A stretch of DNA of 64,000 nt. Origin: an uncultured Eubacteriales bacterium (GTDB taxonomy: Bacteria > Bacillota > Thermincolia > Thermincolales > CAZWUW01). The stretch's first letter is position 1. Every line of letters begins with the position of its first letter. The notes beneath the pieces were generated by a model that was not told where the DNA came from, ran no database searches, and saw only the letters and a program-made list of their open reading frames with translations. The DNA is taken from contig CAZWUW010000002.1 of the NCBI GenBank assembly GCA_964636895.1, positions 378-64,377 on the forward strand. Reading direction: 5' to 3'. The position numbers and the translations under genes are program-made. Below, one piece after another: positions 28,197 to 37,163 of this stretch.

Positions 28197-30800
28197 ATGC
28201 AGGAAATTTACAACAAATCGGCTGACACCGTGCTAAAGGAAATGCAGGCAGATATGACCGGTTTGACTTCAGAGGAAGTTGAGAGAAGAAGGCAGGAGTT
28301 TGGCTATAACGAACTCCACGAAGCGAAAAGGCCAAGTGTGATACAAGTTTTTTTCAATCAGTTCGCCGATTTTCTGGTGATCATACTTTTGGCGGCGGCG
28401 GCTATTTCCTTTCTGTTAAAGGATTACAAAAGCACCGGGGTAATCTTGGCGGTGACAATACTTAACGCCGTTTTAGGGACAGTGCAGCATATTAAAGCGC
28501 AAAAATCTCTGGATAGTTTAAAGGCTCTTTCTTCGCCGGTGGCCCGGGTTTTAAGGGGGGGCCAAAAAGTAGAAACCCCTTCCAGAGAAGTAGTCCCGGG
28601 GGACATATTGTTTTTGGAAGCCGGGGATTTTGTAAGCGCGGATGGCAGAATTATCGAGAATTACAGCTTACAGGCAAATGAAAGCTCACTGACCGGTGAA
28701 TCAGTGAGCGTAATTAAAACAGTGGAAGAAATCAGCGAGTCGGATGTTCCGATAGGCGACAGGAAAAACATGGTCTTCGCCGGCAGTCTAATCACCTATG
28801 GTCGTTCTGTAGTTGCCATTACCGGCACAGGTATGCATACTGAGCTCGGCAAAATTGCCACTTTGCTGGAAACCGCTCAGGAAAAGAAAACACCTCTGCA
28901 GGTTAGCCTTGATAAGTTTGGCAAAAAACTTGCGGCGGCGATTATGGTTTTATGTGCCGCTATTTTTGTGCTTAATGTTTACCGCGGCTTTGGGACGGTG
29001 GAATCCTTTATGTTTGCCGTCGCGCTGGCGGTTGCAGCGATTCCGGAAGCGCTCAGCTCGATCGTTACCATAGTATTGGCCATTGGCACACAGAAGATGG
29101 CAAGGGAACACGCTATCGTCAGAAAGTTGCAGGCGGTTGAAAGCCTGGGCAGTGTTTCGGTCATCTGCTCCGATAAAACAGGCACCCTGACCCAGAATAA
29201 AATGGTGGTGGAGAGGTTGTATGCCGGCGGCAAGCCTTTCGAGGTTAATAACATAAATATGACCGGCGACCTGCAAAGAAAAATCGTTGAAATGAGCGTG
29301 CTCTGCAATGATGCGGTTACTTACGGCGAGCAGGAAATCGGGGACCCGACGGAGATAGCCTTGGTAAACATGGCGGAGTTATATGCGATCGATGAAATTG
29401 AATTGAGAGAAAAATACCCCCGGCAGTCCGAGCTGCCTTTTGATTCGGAAAGAAAGCTGATGAGTACCCTGCATGTTTTAGAAGGTCAGGTTACGATGGT
29501 CACCAAGGGCGCTTTAGATGTGATTATCCAAAGAGCAACGGCAATAGACACGGGGAGCAGCCGCAAACCGATTACTCCGGAAGATATTGAAGAGATAAAC
29601 CGGATTAACCGGGAGTTTTCCCAGCACGGGCTGAGGGTTCTGGCTTTTGGCTATAAGACATTTGAAGCCCCGGTAGAATTGACGCTGGACGATGAACATG
29701 ACCTGGTTTTTATCGGGCTCGTGGCGATGTTTGATCCTCCCCGGGAGGAATCGGCACAGGCGGTTGAAGATTGCATAAATGCGGGGATTATACCCGTAAT
29801 GATCACGGGGGACCATAAAATTACGGCGGCTGCTATCGCCAGGCAGATAGGGATTCTCAAAGCAACCGGCAGGGTTGTGGAAGGCAGTGAAATCGACAAG
29901 CTGACCGATGAACAATTAAAGGCAGCTGTAGAGGGCATTGCTGTTTATGCAAGGGTGTCCCCAGAACATAAAATCAGGATAGTGCGAGCCTGGCAAGACA
30001 GGGGTAATGTGGTGGCCATGACCGGTGACGGGGTTAACGATGCGCCTGCCCTGAAGCAGGCTGATATCGGGATTGCCATGGGCAAGGTGGGTACTGAGGT
30101 GGCCAAGGATGCATCGGCAATGGTTTTGACTGATGATAATTTTGCCACCATTGTAAAAGCTGTATCTCATGGCAGAAGCATTTACACTAATATAAAAAAT
30201 TCCATCAAATTTCTTTTGGCGGGGAATACGGCGGGGATTTTAGCGGTTTTATATACGTCCATCGCAAATTTACCGCTGCCCTTTGCTGCGGTGCATCTTT
30301 TATTTATAAATCTGTTGACCGACTCCTTGCCGGCAATTGCCTTGGGGTTGGAGCCGCACAGCAATAAAGTAATGGAAGAAAAGCCCAGGGATATAAACGA
30401 GCCTATCCTGACCAAACCCTTTTTGACATCGGTTGTGTTTGAAGGTTTCGTGATTGCGGCGTCTACAGTGGCGGCTTTTTATTATGGTTTAAATAAGGGC
30501 GGGGTGTCCATGGGGAGCACGATGGCGTTTATCACCCTTTCCCTGGCGCGGTTAATTCATGGCTTTAACTGCCGTTCCCGGCGTCCGTTACACAAAATAG
30601 GTCTGTTTACCAATAAATATCAGTGGTATGCGTTATTGGCAGGAATTTTTATGTTGGGACTGGTCATTACGCTGGATCCTTTGAAGCTGGTGTTTGACGT
30701 GTATGATAATATCATCAATGAGTTACCAGTAATACTGGGTTTGGCCTTTATTCCCTTAATAGTTGTACAGGCCTATAAGACAATACGGGAAAAAATATAG
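28197..30800 (+). CDS. cation-transporting P-type ATPase (type II, Ca2+/Mn2+ family)
   Basis: DKTGTLT phosphorylation motif, TGES, MITGDH, TGDGVNDAPALKQADIGIAMG. Start placed at the ATG after GAGGGAGG (MQEIYNK...) rather than the upstream TTG-type ORF start. Confidence 0.9.
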   Translation: MQEIYNKSADTVLKEMQADMTGLTSEEVERRRQEFGYNELHEAKRPSVIQVFFNQFADFLVIILLAAAAISFLLKDYKSTGVILAVTILNAVLGTVQHIKAQKSLDSLKALSSPVARVLRGGQKVETPSREVVPGDILFLEAGDFVSADGRIIENYSLQANESSLTGESVSVIKTVEEISESDVPIGDRKNMVFAGSLITYGRSVVAITGTGMHTELGKIATLLETAQEKKTPLQVSLDKFGKKLAAAIMVLCAAIFVLNVYRGFGTVESFMFAVALAVAAIPEALSSIVTIVLAIGTQKMAREHAIVRKLQAVESLGSVSVICSDKTGTLTQNKMVVERLYAGGKPFEVNNINMTGDLQRKIVEMSVLCNDAVTYGEQEIGDPTEIALVNMAELYAIDEIELREKYPRQSELPFDSERKLMSTLHVLEGQVTMVTKGALDVIIQRATAIDTGSSRKPITPEDIEEINRINREFSQHGLRVLAFGYKTFEAPVELTLDDEHDLVFIGLVAMFDPPREESAQAVEDCINAGIIPVMITGDHKITAAAIARQIGILKATGRVVEGSEIDKLTDEQLKAAVEGIAVYARVSPEHKIRIVRAWQDRGNVVAMTGDGVNDAPALKQADIGIAMGKVGTEVAKDASAMVLTDDNFATIVKAVSHGRSIYTNIKNSIKFLLAGNTAGILAVLYTSIANLPLPFAAVHLLFINLLTDSLPAIALGLEPHSNKVMEEKPRDINEPILTKPFLTSVVFEGFVIAASTVAAFYYGLNKGGVSMGSTMAFITLSLARLIHGFNCRSRRPLHKIGLFTNKYQWYALLAGIFMLGLVITLDPLKLVFDVYDNIINELPVILGLAFIPLIVVQAYKTIREKI

Positions 30801-30805
30801 TAATA

Positions 30806-30888
30806 GTCTGTAACGGGGACAGACCGTTCGCTTTTAAGAAGAATTAAAAAAATCACCTTCCGCATTTTTGCGTGAAGGTGATTTTTAG
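30806..30888. repeat. repeat A copy 2 abutting repeat B copy 2; B2 is the bidirectional terminator between the ATPase and the downstream convergent gene
   Basis: A2 is 30806-30837 and B2 is 30839-30888. The hairpin AAAAAAATCACCTTC-cgcatttttgcg-GAAGGTGATTTTT is flanked by an A-run and a T-run. Confidence 0.85.
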
Positions 30889-30894
30889 TCTTTC

Positions 30895-31437
30895 TTAGGC
30901 AATTTTTCTCCACTCCTCCGATAACGCTATAAATTGTTTTTTGTCCCTGGCATCCAGGGCATTGTCAATCAGGATCAGCAGCGCTTGTTTGTAGATCTTG
31001 GCAAACTCCAGGTCAAACTCTGTGCGTTCCCCGAGCTCAGCCATCATCCGCTCTAACGCCGGGATGGCTTTGGCGAAGGGGTTCGGTGCGCAGATGTTGA
31101 TGTACCAGTAAGGGCTCGCCCGCTCGGGGAAGATCAGGTAAATGTAATACAGATCCAGGGATTGAATGATTTCAAAGATTGCATTGATGTCCTTGTAGCC
31201 CTCGCCGTTATACGTCAGAATGGTGGGGACTTTTGCCGTGTCACAACTGATTACCAACAGGGGCTCATCTGTGATGTAGGTCAGGTCGTTTAAAAAAACG
31301 CCCTTATCAATTACTTCCAGTTCGCTCCACAGCCGGAAGACGATCCCCAGGGTCATGTTGTCCCTGATTTCATAATCCTTTACATACTGCATCAGGACCT
31401 TGGTCTTGCTTTTGGCAGTAATAAACTTCTTCAGCAT
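30895..31437 (-). CDS. YpiB/UPF0302-like protein with C-terminal IDEAL domain
   Basis: 180 aa from the ATG with GGAGGTG RBS (MLKKFITAK...). The C-terminal LILIDNALDARDKKQFIALSEEW matches the IDEAL-domain pattern. Confidence 0.6.
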   Translation of the reverse strand: MLKKFITAKSKTKVLMQYVKDYEIRDNMTLGIVFRLWSELEVIDKGVFLNDLTYITDEPLLVISCDTAKVPTILTYNGEGYKDINAIFEIIQSLDLYYIYLIFPERASPYWYINICAPNPFAKAIPALERMMAELGERTEFDLEFAKIYKQALLILIDNALDARDKKQFIALSEEWRKIA

Positions 31438-31615
31438 TTTCAGCACCTCCTTCCTTTGCTTAGTATTTCGTGAAAATCGGTAATTTCCTTTATACAAAAG
31501 CTTCGCTGGACCAACGCCGGTTCTGTCCGTTGAAGTACAAAAATGCGTTAGTCTTTCACTTTTGCCGATTCTCAGCTATAATGAATAGTGATTTTGCATT
31601 ATAGGAGGATTTAAG

Positions 31616-33169
31616 GTGAGTGTATTAAATGTGGAAAAGGTTTCTCATGGTTTTGGGGAGCGGGTTATTCTTGATGATGTGTCTTTTCGCCTGCTTAAAG
31701 GTGAACACGTGGGTCTTATCGGTGCCAACGGTGAAGGGAAATCGACTTTCTTAAATATAATTACCGGCCAGTTAATGCCTGATGCGGGAAAAGTCGAATG
31801 GTCAAACCGGGTGACGGTCGGCTACCTGGATCAGCACACCACACTGGAGCCAGGACAAACTATTCGCGCTGTTTTGCGTAGTGCCTTTAACCGGCTTCTC
31901 GGCCTGGAAACGGAAATGCAGACTGCCTATGAAAAAATGGCCACGGCCGATGAGGAGGAAATGAATAAGCTCCTTGAGGCGGTGGGGGATATTCAGGATA
32001 TTCTGGACCACAGCGGTTTTTATACTATTGACGCTAACGTAGAAGCAGTGGCCAATGGTCTGGGCTTGGGAAGCATTGGCCTGGACCGGGAGGTTGGAAA
32101 TTTAAGCGGTGGCCAGCGAACCAAGGTGTTGTTGGCTAAGCTGTTATTGGAACAGCCATCTATTCTGCTCCTGGATGAACCAACCAACTTTCTTGATGAA
32201 GAGCACATTGCCTGGCTGACCAAGTATTTGCAGGATTATGAGAATGCCTTCATCCTGATTACCCACGATATAGAGTTCCTCAACAAGGTAATCAATGTCA
32301 TTTATCATGTTGAGCAGGGCCGGTTAACGCGCTATGTAGGTGATTATAACAAGTTTATGGAGCTTTATGAAACTAACAAGGCCAAGCATCATCAGGCATA
32401 CGAAAAACAGCAGCAGGAAATCGCTAGGCTGGAGGACTTTGTGGCCAGGAATAAGGCTCGCATCTCTACTACCGGTCGGGCCAAAAGCAGGCAAAAGCAG
32501 TTAGATAAGATGGAGTTGATTGAAAAACCAAGGGAAAAGATGAAGCCAAACTTTAAGTTTCAGGAAGCCCGGGTTCCGAGTCGGATAATTTTTCGCACCG
32601 ACGGTTTGCAAATTGGTTATGACAGAGCGCTCACCAAGCCCCTGAATATTCAATTGGAGCGGGGGCAAAAGGTGGCTTTAAAGGGCTGTAACGGTTTAGG
32701 CAAATCAACCTTGCTGAAAACCCTGCTGGGAATTCTGCCACCGGTGGGGGGCAAGCTGGAAAGCGGGGATTACCTATATCCGGGATATTTTGAACAGGAA
32801 GCGCAGGGCAAAAACACTAAAACGGCCCTGCAGGAATTATGGGACGAATATCCGGGGCTGACTCAGTTTGAGGCCAGAGCTGCCTTGGCCCGCTGCGGAT
32901 TAAAAAATGAGCATATTACCAGCCAGATGCAGGTATTAAGCGGCGGGGAGCAGGCTAAGGTGCGCCTGTGCAAGCTGATGCTGCAGGAGACCAACTGGCT
33001 GGCGCTGGACGAGCCTACGAACCATCTGGATGTAGATGCCAAGGCCGAGTTGAAAAAAGCTATAAGAGAGTTTAAAGGCACAGTGATTCTTGTCTGCCAT
33101 GAACCGGAATTTTACGAAGATGTGGTGACCGAAGTCTGGAATGTGGAAGATTGGAGTGACTTGGGGTAA
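31616..33169 (+). CDS. ABC-F family ATPase (two ABC cassettes, no TM domain)
   Basis: 517 aa with GTG start after AGGAGG. Two Walker A motifs (GANGEGKST, GCNGLGKST), two signatures (LSGGQ, LSGGE) and two Walker B motifs (LLLDEPTN, LALDEPTN). Confidence 0.9.
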   Translation: MSVLNVEKVSHGFGERVILDDVSFRLLKGEHVGLIGANGEGKSTFLNIITGQLMPDAGKVEWSNRVTVGYLDQHTTLEPGQTIRAVLRSAFNRLLGLETEMQTAYEKMATADEEEMNKLLEAVGDIQDILDHSGFYTIDANVEAVANGLGLGSIGLDREVGNLSGGQRTKVLLAKLLLEQPSILLLDEPTNFLDEEHIAWLTKYLQDYENAFILITHDIEFLNKVINVIYHVEQGRLTRYVGDYNKFMELYETNKAKHHQAYEKQQQEIARLEDFVARNKARISTTGRAKSRQKQLDKMELIEKPREKMKPNFKFQEARVPSRIIFRTDGLQIGYDRALTKPLNIQLERGQKVALKGCNGLGKSTLLKTLLGILPPVGGKLESGDYLYPGYFEQEAQGKNTKTALQELWDEYPGLTQFEARAALARCGLKNEHITSQMQVLSGGEQAKVRLCKLMLQETNWLALDEPTNHLDVDAKAELKKAIREFKGTVILVCHEPEFYEDVVTEVWNVEDWSDLG

Positions 33170-33218
33170 GGTGCGCGGCTAGGGTTAACGGCTAAGGTTC
33201 GCGGTTAGGGTTCGCGCT
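33167..33218. repeat. four tandem 13-bp units, each starting with TAA/TAG
   Basis: TAAGGTGCGCGGC / TAGGGTTAACGGC / TAAGGTTCGCGGT / TAGGGTTCGCGCT. The first TAA is the ABC-F stop codon, and the convergent hydrolase gene ends inside the array. Confidence 0.8.
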
Positions 33219-33864
33219 GTCGGAAGCTTCCCGTTTGCAGGAATGAGTGGACTAATGCTGTGACTTCCGGCGTATGATGCAGCTCATCATGATTATAGTA
33301 AACGATAATAAAATCACTCATTCCGTCAAGTTTCGCGGATTTAACTTCTACTTTGCCATCACTTTCTTTTGATAAAAAAAAGCCTGCTAAAAGATTGTTG
33401 CGATTGCCGGCAATTACCCCAATCTGCGGTTTTGCGGCGCCAAGAGGGGGTGCGATATCTGGCCCCCCGCTCAATAAAGCTTTAAGGGGTTTGAATATTT
33501 CCAGTGCCGGCCAAAATATTTTTTTGACCAGGTCAGCCAATTTAGTCCCGTGATTTGGTGTGCCAATCAAAACGCACCGACCCAGATTGCTGACTAAATG
33601 ATTTGACAAGAGCGATCTGATGATGAGACCACCAAAACTGTGTCCAACAAGGTGAATTTTATGCGGCTCGCCAATTTCGCCGGCGATTACCGATAATTCA
33701 TTCGCCAATAAGTCGGCACAGTTTTTTAATGTGCTAAAAAAAGTTGGCAGGTTGACAGTTATAACCTTATAGTCCCACTGTTTCAGGTTGTTTTTCAGCG
33801 TATACATATCTGTTGCATTTCGGCAGAAGCCATGAACTAAAACAACTACATCGACGGTTTTCAT
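33205..33864 (-). CDS. alpha/beta-fold hydrolase (esterase/lipase-like)
   Basis: 219 aa with nucleophile elbow GHSFGG and an N-terminal VVLVHGF oxyanion-type motif. Confidence 0.7.
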   Translation of the reverse strand: MKTVDVVVLVHGFCRNATDMYTLKNNLKQWDYKVITVNLPTFFSTLKNCADLLANELSVIAGEIGEPHKIHLVGHSFGGLIIRSLLSNHLVSNLGRCVLIGTPNHGTKLADLVKKIFWPALEIFKPLKALLSGGPDIAPPLGAAKPQIGVIAGNRNNLLAGFFLSKESDGKVEVKSAKLDGMSDFIIVYYNHDELHHTPEVTALVHSFLQTGSFRQREP

Positions 33865-33866
33865 TT

Positions 33867-34226
33867 TTATCTGTTTTCCAGAGATTGCAGCTTCATTTCG
33901 TGGATGGCGATATTTTTAGAATGATTCACTAAAATCTCCTCATGACTGTTAAGCCGCTCACTATGTGAATTGTATCCATCAAACAGAGCTTTGATCTTAT
34001 CAATAATTTCATTTTCCATGCGGGCTTCGATTCTGGCGACAGTATGTTTCAATGATGAGACGTCAGTTTTCAGCGCAGAGACATCACCTTTCAGCGCAGA
34101 GACATCACCTTTCAGTGATGAGACATCACCTTTCAGTGATGAGACATCACCTTTCAGTGATGAGACATCATTGGATAAAATGGTCAGATGCTTGACTACA
34201 AATTCTTGGAACTGTTCATTATTCAT
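33867..34226 (-). CDS. coiled-coil protein with DVSSLKG heptad repeats
   Basis: 119 aa containing LKGDVSS repeated about 6 times, encoded by a 21-bp DNA tandem repeat. It is 2 nt from the downstream hydrolase gene. Confidence 0.6.
   Translation of the reverse strand: MNNEQFQEFVVKHLTILSNDVSSLKGDVSSLKGDVSSLKGDVSALKGDVSALKTDVSSLKHTVARIEARMENEIIDKIKALFDGYNSHSERLNSHEEILVNHSKNIAIHEMKLQSLENR
34050..34175. repeat. 21-bp tandem repeat, about 6 units, in-frame within the 119-aa gene
   Basis: The units are CAGCGCAGAGACATCACCTTT x2, then CAGTGATGAGACATCACCTTT x2, with diverged units at each end. Confidence 0.9.
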
Positions 34227-34437
34227 GCCTGTTCCTCCCTTTTATTAACTACAGGTAGGTAGGATAAAAATTTTAGTAGATGATTTTGGTAATTATATTT
34301 TAGCAGAAAGAGGCGGGAAAGGCAAGAACATGTGTTCGACAAAATGCGCTGTAGAGCATCCGGCGGTTTACTTAAAGAAGGAAAAAGTATATTTTTACCG
34401 AAATATATAAAAAATTTGTAAATAAGGGTGGTCGGTT

Positions 34438-35274
34438 ATGAAGATAAAAATTGTCGCGGACAGTAGTTGTGATATGACAAAAGAAATGAAAAAGGAGACC
34501 GGCATCGAGCTGGTTCCGCTGACGCTTAGACTCGAAGACAGGGAGTACGTTGATGACGAGAACCTTGATATCAGGCATTACTTGGCAGAAATGAACGCAA
34601 GCCGGATACCTCCCAAAACAGCAAGTCCCACCCCCTATGATTTTCTGGAAAAATATAAAGGCGAGGGGAGCGTATTTGTAGTTACTTTGTCCTCCAAGCT
34701 TAGTGGGACATATAACAGTGCCATCCTGGCCAGGAATATGTTTCTGGACGAGGTGGGCGAAAAATTTATCCATGTCTTTGATTCCCTGAGTGCTTCCGTT
34801 GCCGAAACTTTAATCAGTCTTAAAATTTACGAGCTGGCCAAAAATAATTTGACCGACCTGGAGATTGTGGAAGAGGTCTCAAAATATATCAAAGAAATGA
34901 AAACTCTTTTCCTGTTGGAGAGCCTGGAGCACCTGGCCAAGGCGGGCAGGCTGCACCCTATAATTGCCAAGGCGGCAACCGCGCTGTCCATTAAACCGAT
35001 TATGGGTGCTGATGAAGAGGGCAATATCAAGCTGGTAGAAAAGATTATGGGTTATAAAAAAGCCTTCAGAAGGCTGGTGGAACGAATTGGCGAAGAAGGC
35101 AGCGCGCTTGAGCAAAAGGTTTTGGGCATTTCGCACTGTAACTGTTTGGACAGGGCTTTGCAGTTTAAAGCAGAAGTACAGAAAAAATACAATTTCAAAG
35201 ATGTGGTGATTGTCGAAATGGCAGGCCTCAGTTCTACTTATGCAGATGACGGAGGTATAATCATAGCTTTTTAG
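34438..35274 (+). CDS. DegV family fatty-acid-binding protein
   Basis: 278 aa with MKIKIVADSSCD N-terminus and overall DegV pattern. Confidence 0.8.
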   Translation: MKIKIVADSSCDMTKEMKKETGIELVPLTLRLEDREYVDDENLDIRHYLAEMNASRIPPKTASPTPYDFLEKYKGEGSVFVVTLSSKLSGTYNSAILARNMFLDEVGEKFIHVFDSLSASVAETLISLKIYELAKNNLTDLEIVEEVSKYIKEMKTLFLLESLEHLAKAGRLHPIIAKAATALSIKPIMGADEEGNIKLVEKIMGYKKAFRRLVERIGEEGSALEQKVLGISHCNCLDRALQFKAEVQKKYNFKDVVIVEMAGLSSTYADDGGIIIAF

Positions 35275-35294
35275 CCTCGTGTTGCGGTGTCTGC

Positions 35295-35323
35295 TTGACA
35301 TTGGAAAAACGACATGTTATTAT
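35295..35323 (+). promoter_or_regulatory. sigma-A-type promoter
   Basis: TTGACA, 17-nt spacer, TATTAT. It lies inside the 5' extension of listed ORF 35314, arguing for a later TetR start. Confidence 0.55.
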
Positions 35324-35364
35324 ATTTACATACTGAGCGGTATGATAATATAATACTTAACGGT

Positions 35365-36174
35365 ATGTTTTGCAATCAAGGAGTGGTTGTTATTAAACCA
35401 ACAGAGCGAATTCTAAAGGCCGCCTATGAACTGGCTGGCCGGCATCCTTTTGATAAAATCACCTTAGCTGATGTGGCTCGAGAGGCCGGGGTGCATTGGA
35501 CTGCGGTGCGGCGGCATTTTGGCGACAAGCAGGGGATGAGAAAATTGCTTGCCGAAAGACAGGCGGAAAGCGGAAAAGCTCTGGCCGATACTCGGACCCG
35601 GATTTTGGCTGCGGCAGCCGGGATTTTTGCCGAGTATGGCTATGCCGGTGCGACCTTGGAACAGGTTGCCGCCGCTGCCGGGCTGACCAAGGGCGCCGTA
35701 TACTGGCATTTTTCCGGCAAGAGTGACTTGTTTCTGGCTCTTTGTGACCTGGACCTTACCCAACAGGAAAAGCTATTGCCGGAACAGGTGCAAAAGGTTT
35801 TTACCGCAACAGATCCGGTGCAGGCCCTTGCTGCTTTGCTGCAGACGCAGCTTGAGTGCTGTGGTCAGGGAGCTGGCCGCCCCATGCTTTTCTTTGAGTT
35901 TGTTACCTCCAGCCGTGAACCGGCGGTTAGGGAAAAACTGCGTGCAACCTATGCCCGGCTGTTTGATGTAATCGGTTCGGTCTTAAAAGAGCTGCAGGCG
36001 GGGGGCTATATTAAAAGCGACCTGGACCCGCATATGCTGGCGATTACGTTCCAGGCCTTGATAAACGGGTCTTTGCTGGCGTGGCTGATTGACCCTGACC
36101 GGGTTCAATTCAGCTCATTAATGCCGGAAATTGCCCGTGTTATGTGGGCAGGATTGCATCCGGCAAAGGCGTAA
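35365..36174 (+). CDS. TetR/AcrR family transcriptional regulator
   Basis: N-terminal HTH region ITLADVAREAGVHWTAVRRHFGDK. The true start is uncertain: ATG 35365 lacks an SD, while an AAGGAG at 35379 precedes in-frame GTG/ATT codons. Confidence 0.75.
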   Translation: MFCNQGVVVIKPTERILKAAYELAGRHPFDKITLADVAREAGVHWTAVRRHFGDKQGMRKLLAERQAESGKALADTRTRILAAAAGIFAEYGYAGATLEQVAAAAGLTKGAVYWHFSGKSDLFLALCDLDLTQQEKLLPEQVQKVFTATDPVQALAALLQTQLECCGQGAGRPMLFFEFVTSSREPAVREKLRATYARLFDVIGSVLKELQAGGYIKSDLDPHMLAITFQALINGSLLAWLIDPDRVQFSSLMPEIARVMWAGLHPAKA

Positions 36175-36306
36175 ATATTTTTAGCCCGTATAATTCTAAA
36201 GAGGATAAATACGGGTTTTGTTACAGGTGTCACATACCGACCGGAATGTTATTAAAATAATGACGAGTATATGAAAGTGCAAATTTATATGAAGGGGAAT
36301 AGATTT

Positions 36307-37089
36307 ATGAAAAAGGGAGTTATTTGTTATTATTCTGCCACCGGTAACACCAGGCTGGCGGTGGAGTATTTGCAAAAGCGCATTAGCAATGCGGCGGTGG
36401 AACTGTTTGATATCACCAAGGGGACTGTGCCGGCTTTGGACAATTATGATTTTGCCGGCTTTGCCACTTTTACCGATTGGGGCGACCCGCCGTATCTGCT
36501 GCGGGTGTTTGCGGACAAACTGCCCCGGCAGGAAAACAAGCCCGCTTTCTTATTAAATACCTGTGCCGGGTTTAGCGGCAAGACATTAAAAACCCTAAAA
36601 GAAATGGTGGGGAGCAAGGGCTTCCGGGTAATCGCAGCTTTTACGCTGAATGCGCCGGAGAGTTACCCGCCGATGGTGGCCAAAGGCCGCACCAAGGAGA
36701 AAAACCCGTCACCCGCGGATTTAGCCGCATTTCATGCCTTTATTGATTGCTTAAACTCTTTGCTGGCTGCCGCCGGCGACCCGCCGGAAGTCAGGCCCAA
36801 GCTTGGCTTACTAAATACGTTAATGCCCAGGTTTCCCCGGGACAAATCCAAAAAGGCCATGGGACAAAAATATGCAGATAAGGACTTGTGTAACCGGTGC
36901 GGTGTTTGTACCGGGGTATGTGCGTATAAAGCAATAAAAATGGATGCCGGGCCGGTTTTTGATGAAAAAAAGTGCTACGGCTGCTGGGCATGCTATAATC
37001 ATTGCCCAACCAAAGCCATTTATACGGAGAAGGTTAAGGACAAGGGGCATTATTCGGTATTGACGGTATATAAAAATAAATTAAAGTAA
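36307..37089 (+). CDS. flavodoxin-like domain fused to 2x[4Fe-4S] ferredoxin domain
   Basis: MKKGVICYYSATGNT flavodoxin-type N-terminus, followed by CNRCGVCTGVC and CYGCWACYNHCP cluster motifs. Confidence 0.7.
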   Translation: MKKGVICYYSATGNTRLAVEYLQKRISNAAVELFDITKGTVPALDNYDFAGFATFTDWGDPPYLLRVFADKLPRQENKPAFLLNTCAGFSGKTLKTLKEMVGSKGFRVIAAFTLNAPESYPPMVAKGRTKEKNPSPADLAAFHAFIDCLNSLLAAAGDPPEVRPKLGLLNTLMPRFPRDKSKKAMGQKYADKDLCNRCGVCTGVCAYKAIKMDAGPVFDEKKCYGCWACYNHCPTKAIYTEKVKDKGHYSVLTVYKNKLK

Positions 37090-37109
37090 AATTAAAGTAA
37101 ATTAAAATT

Positions 37110-37163
37110 AAAAAACCGGCACCTCCTTACGTCAGATATTGCGTAAGGGATGCCGGTTTTTTT
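37110..37163. terminator. bidirectional intrinsic terminator between convergent genes
   Basis: AAAAAACCGGCACCTCCTTACG...CGTAAGGGATGCCGGTTTTTTT. Confidence 0.7.

Noticed and set aside
34050-34175. Possible CRISPR array, suggested by regular 21-bp repeats.
   Set aside because: The units are contiguous with no spacers, lie in-frame within a coding gene (heptad repeats), and no cas genes are nearby.
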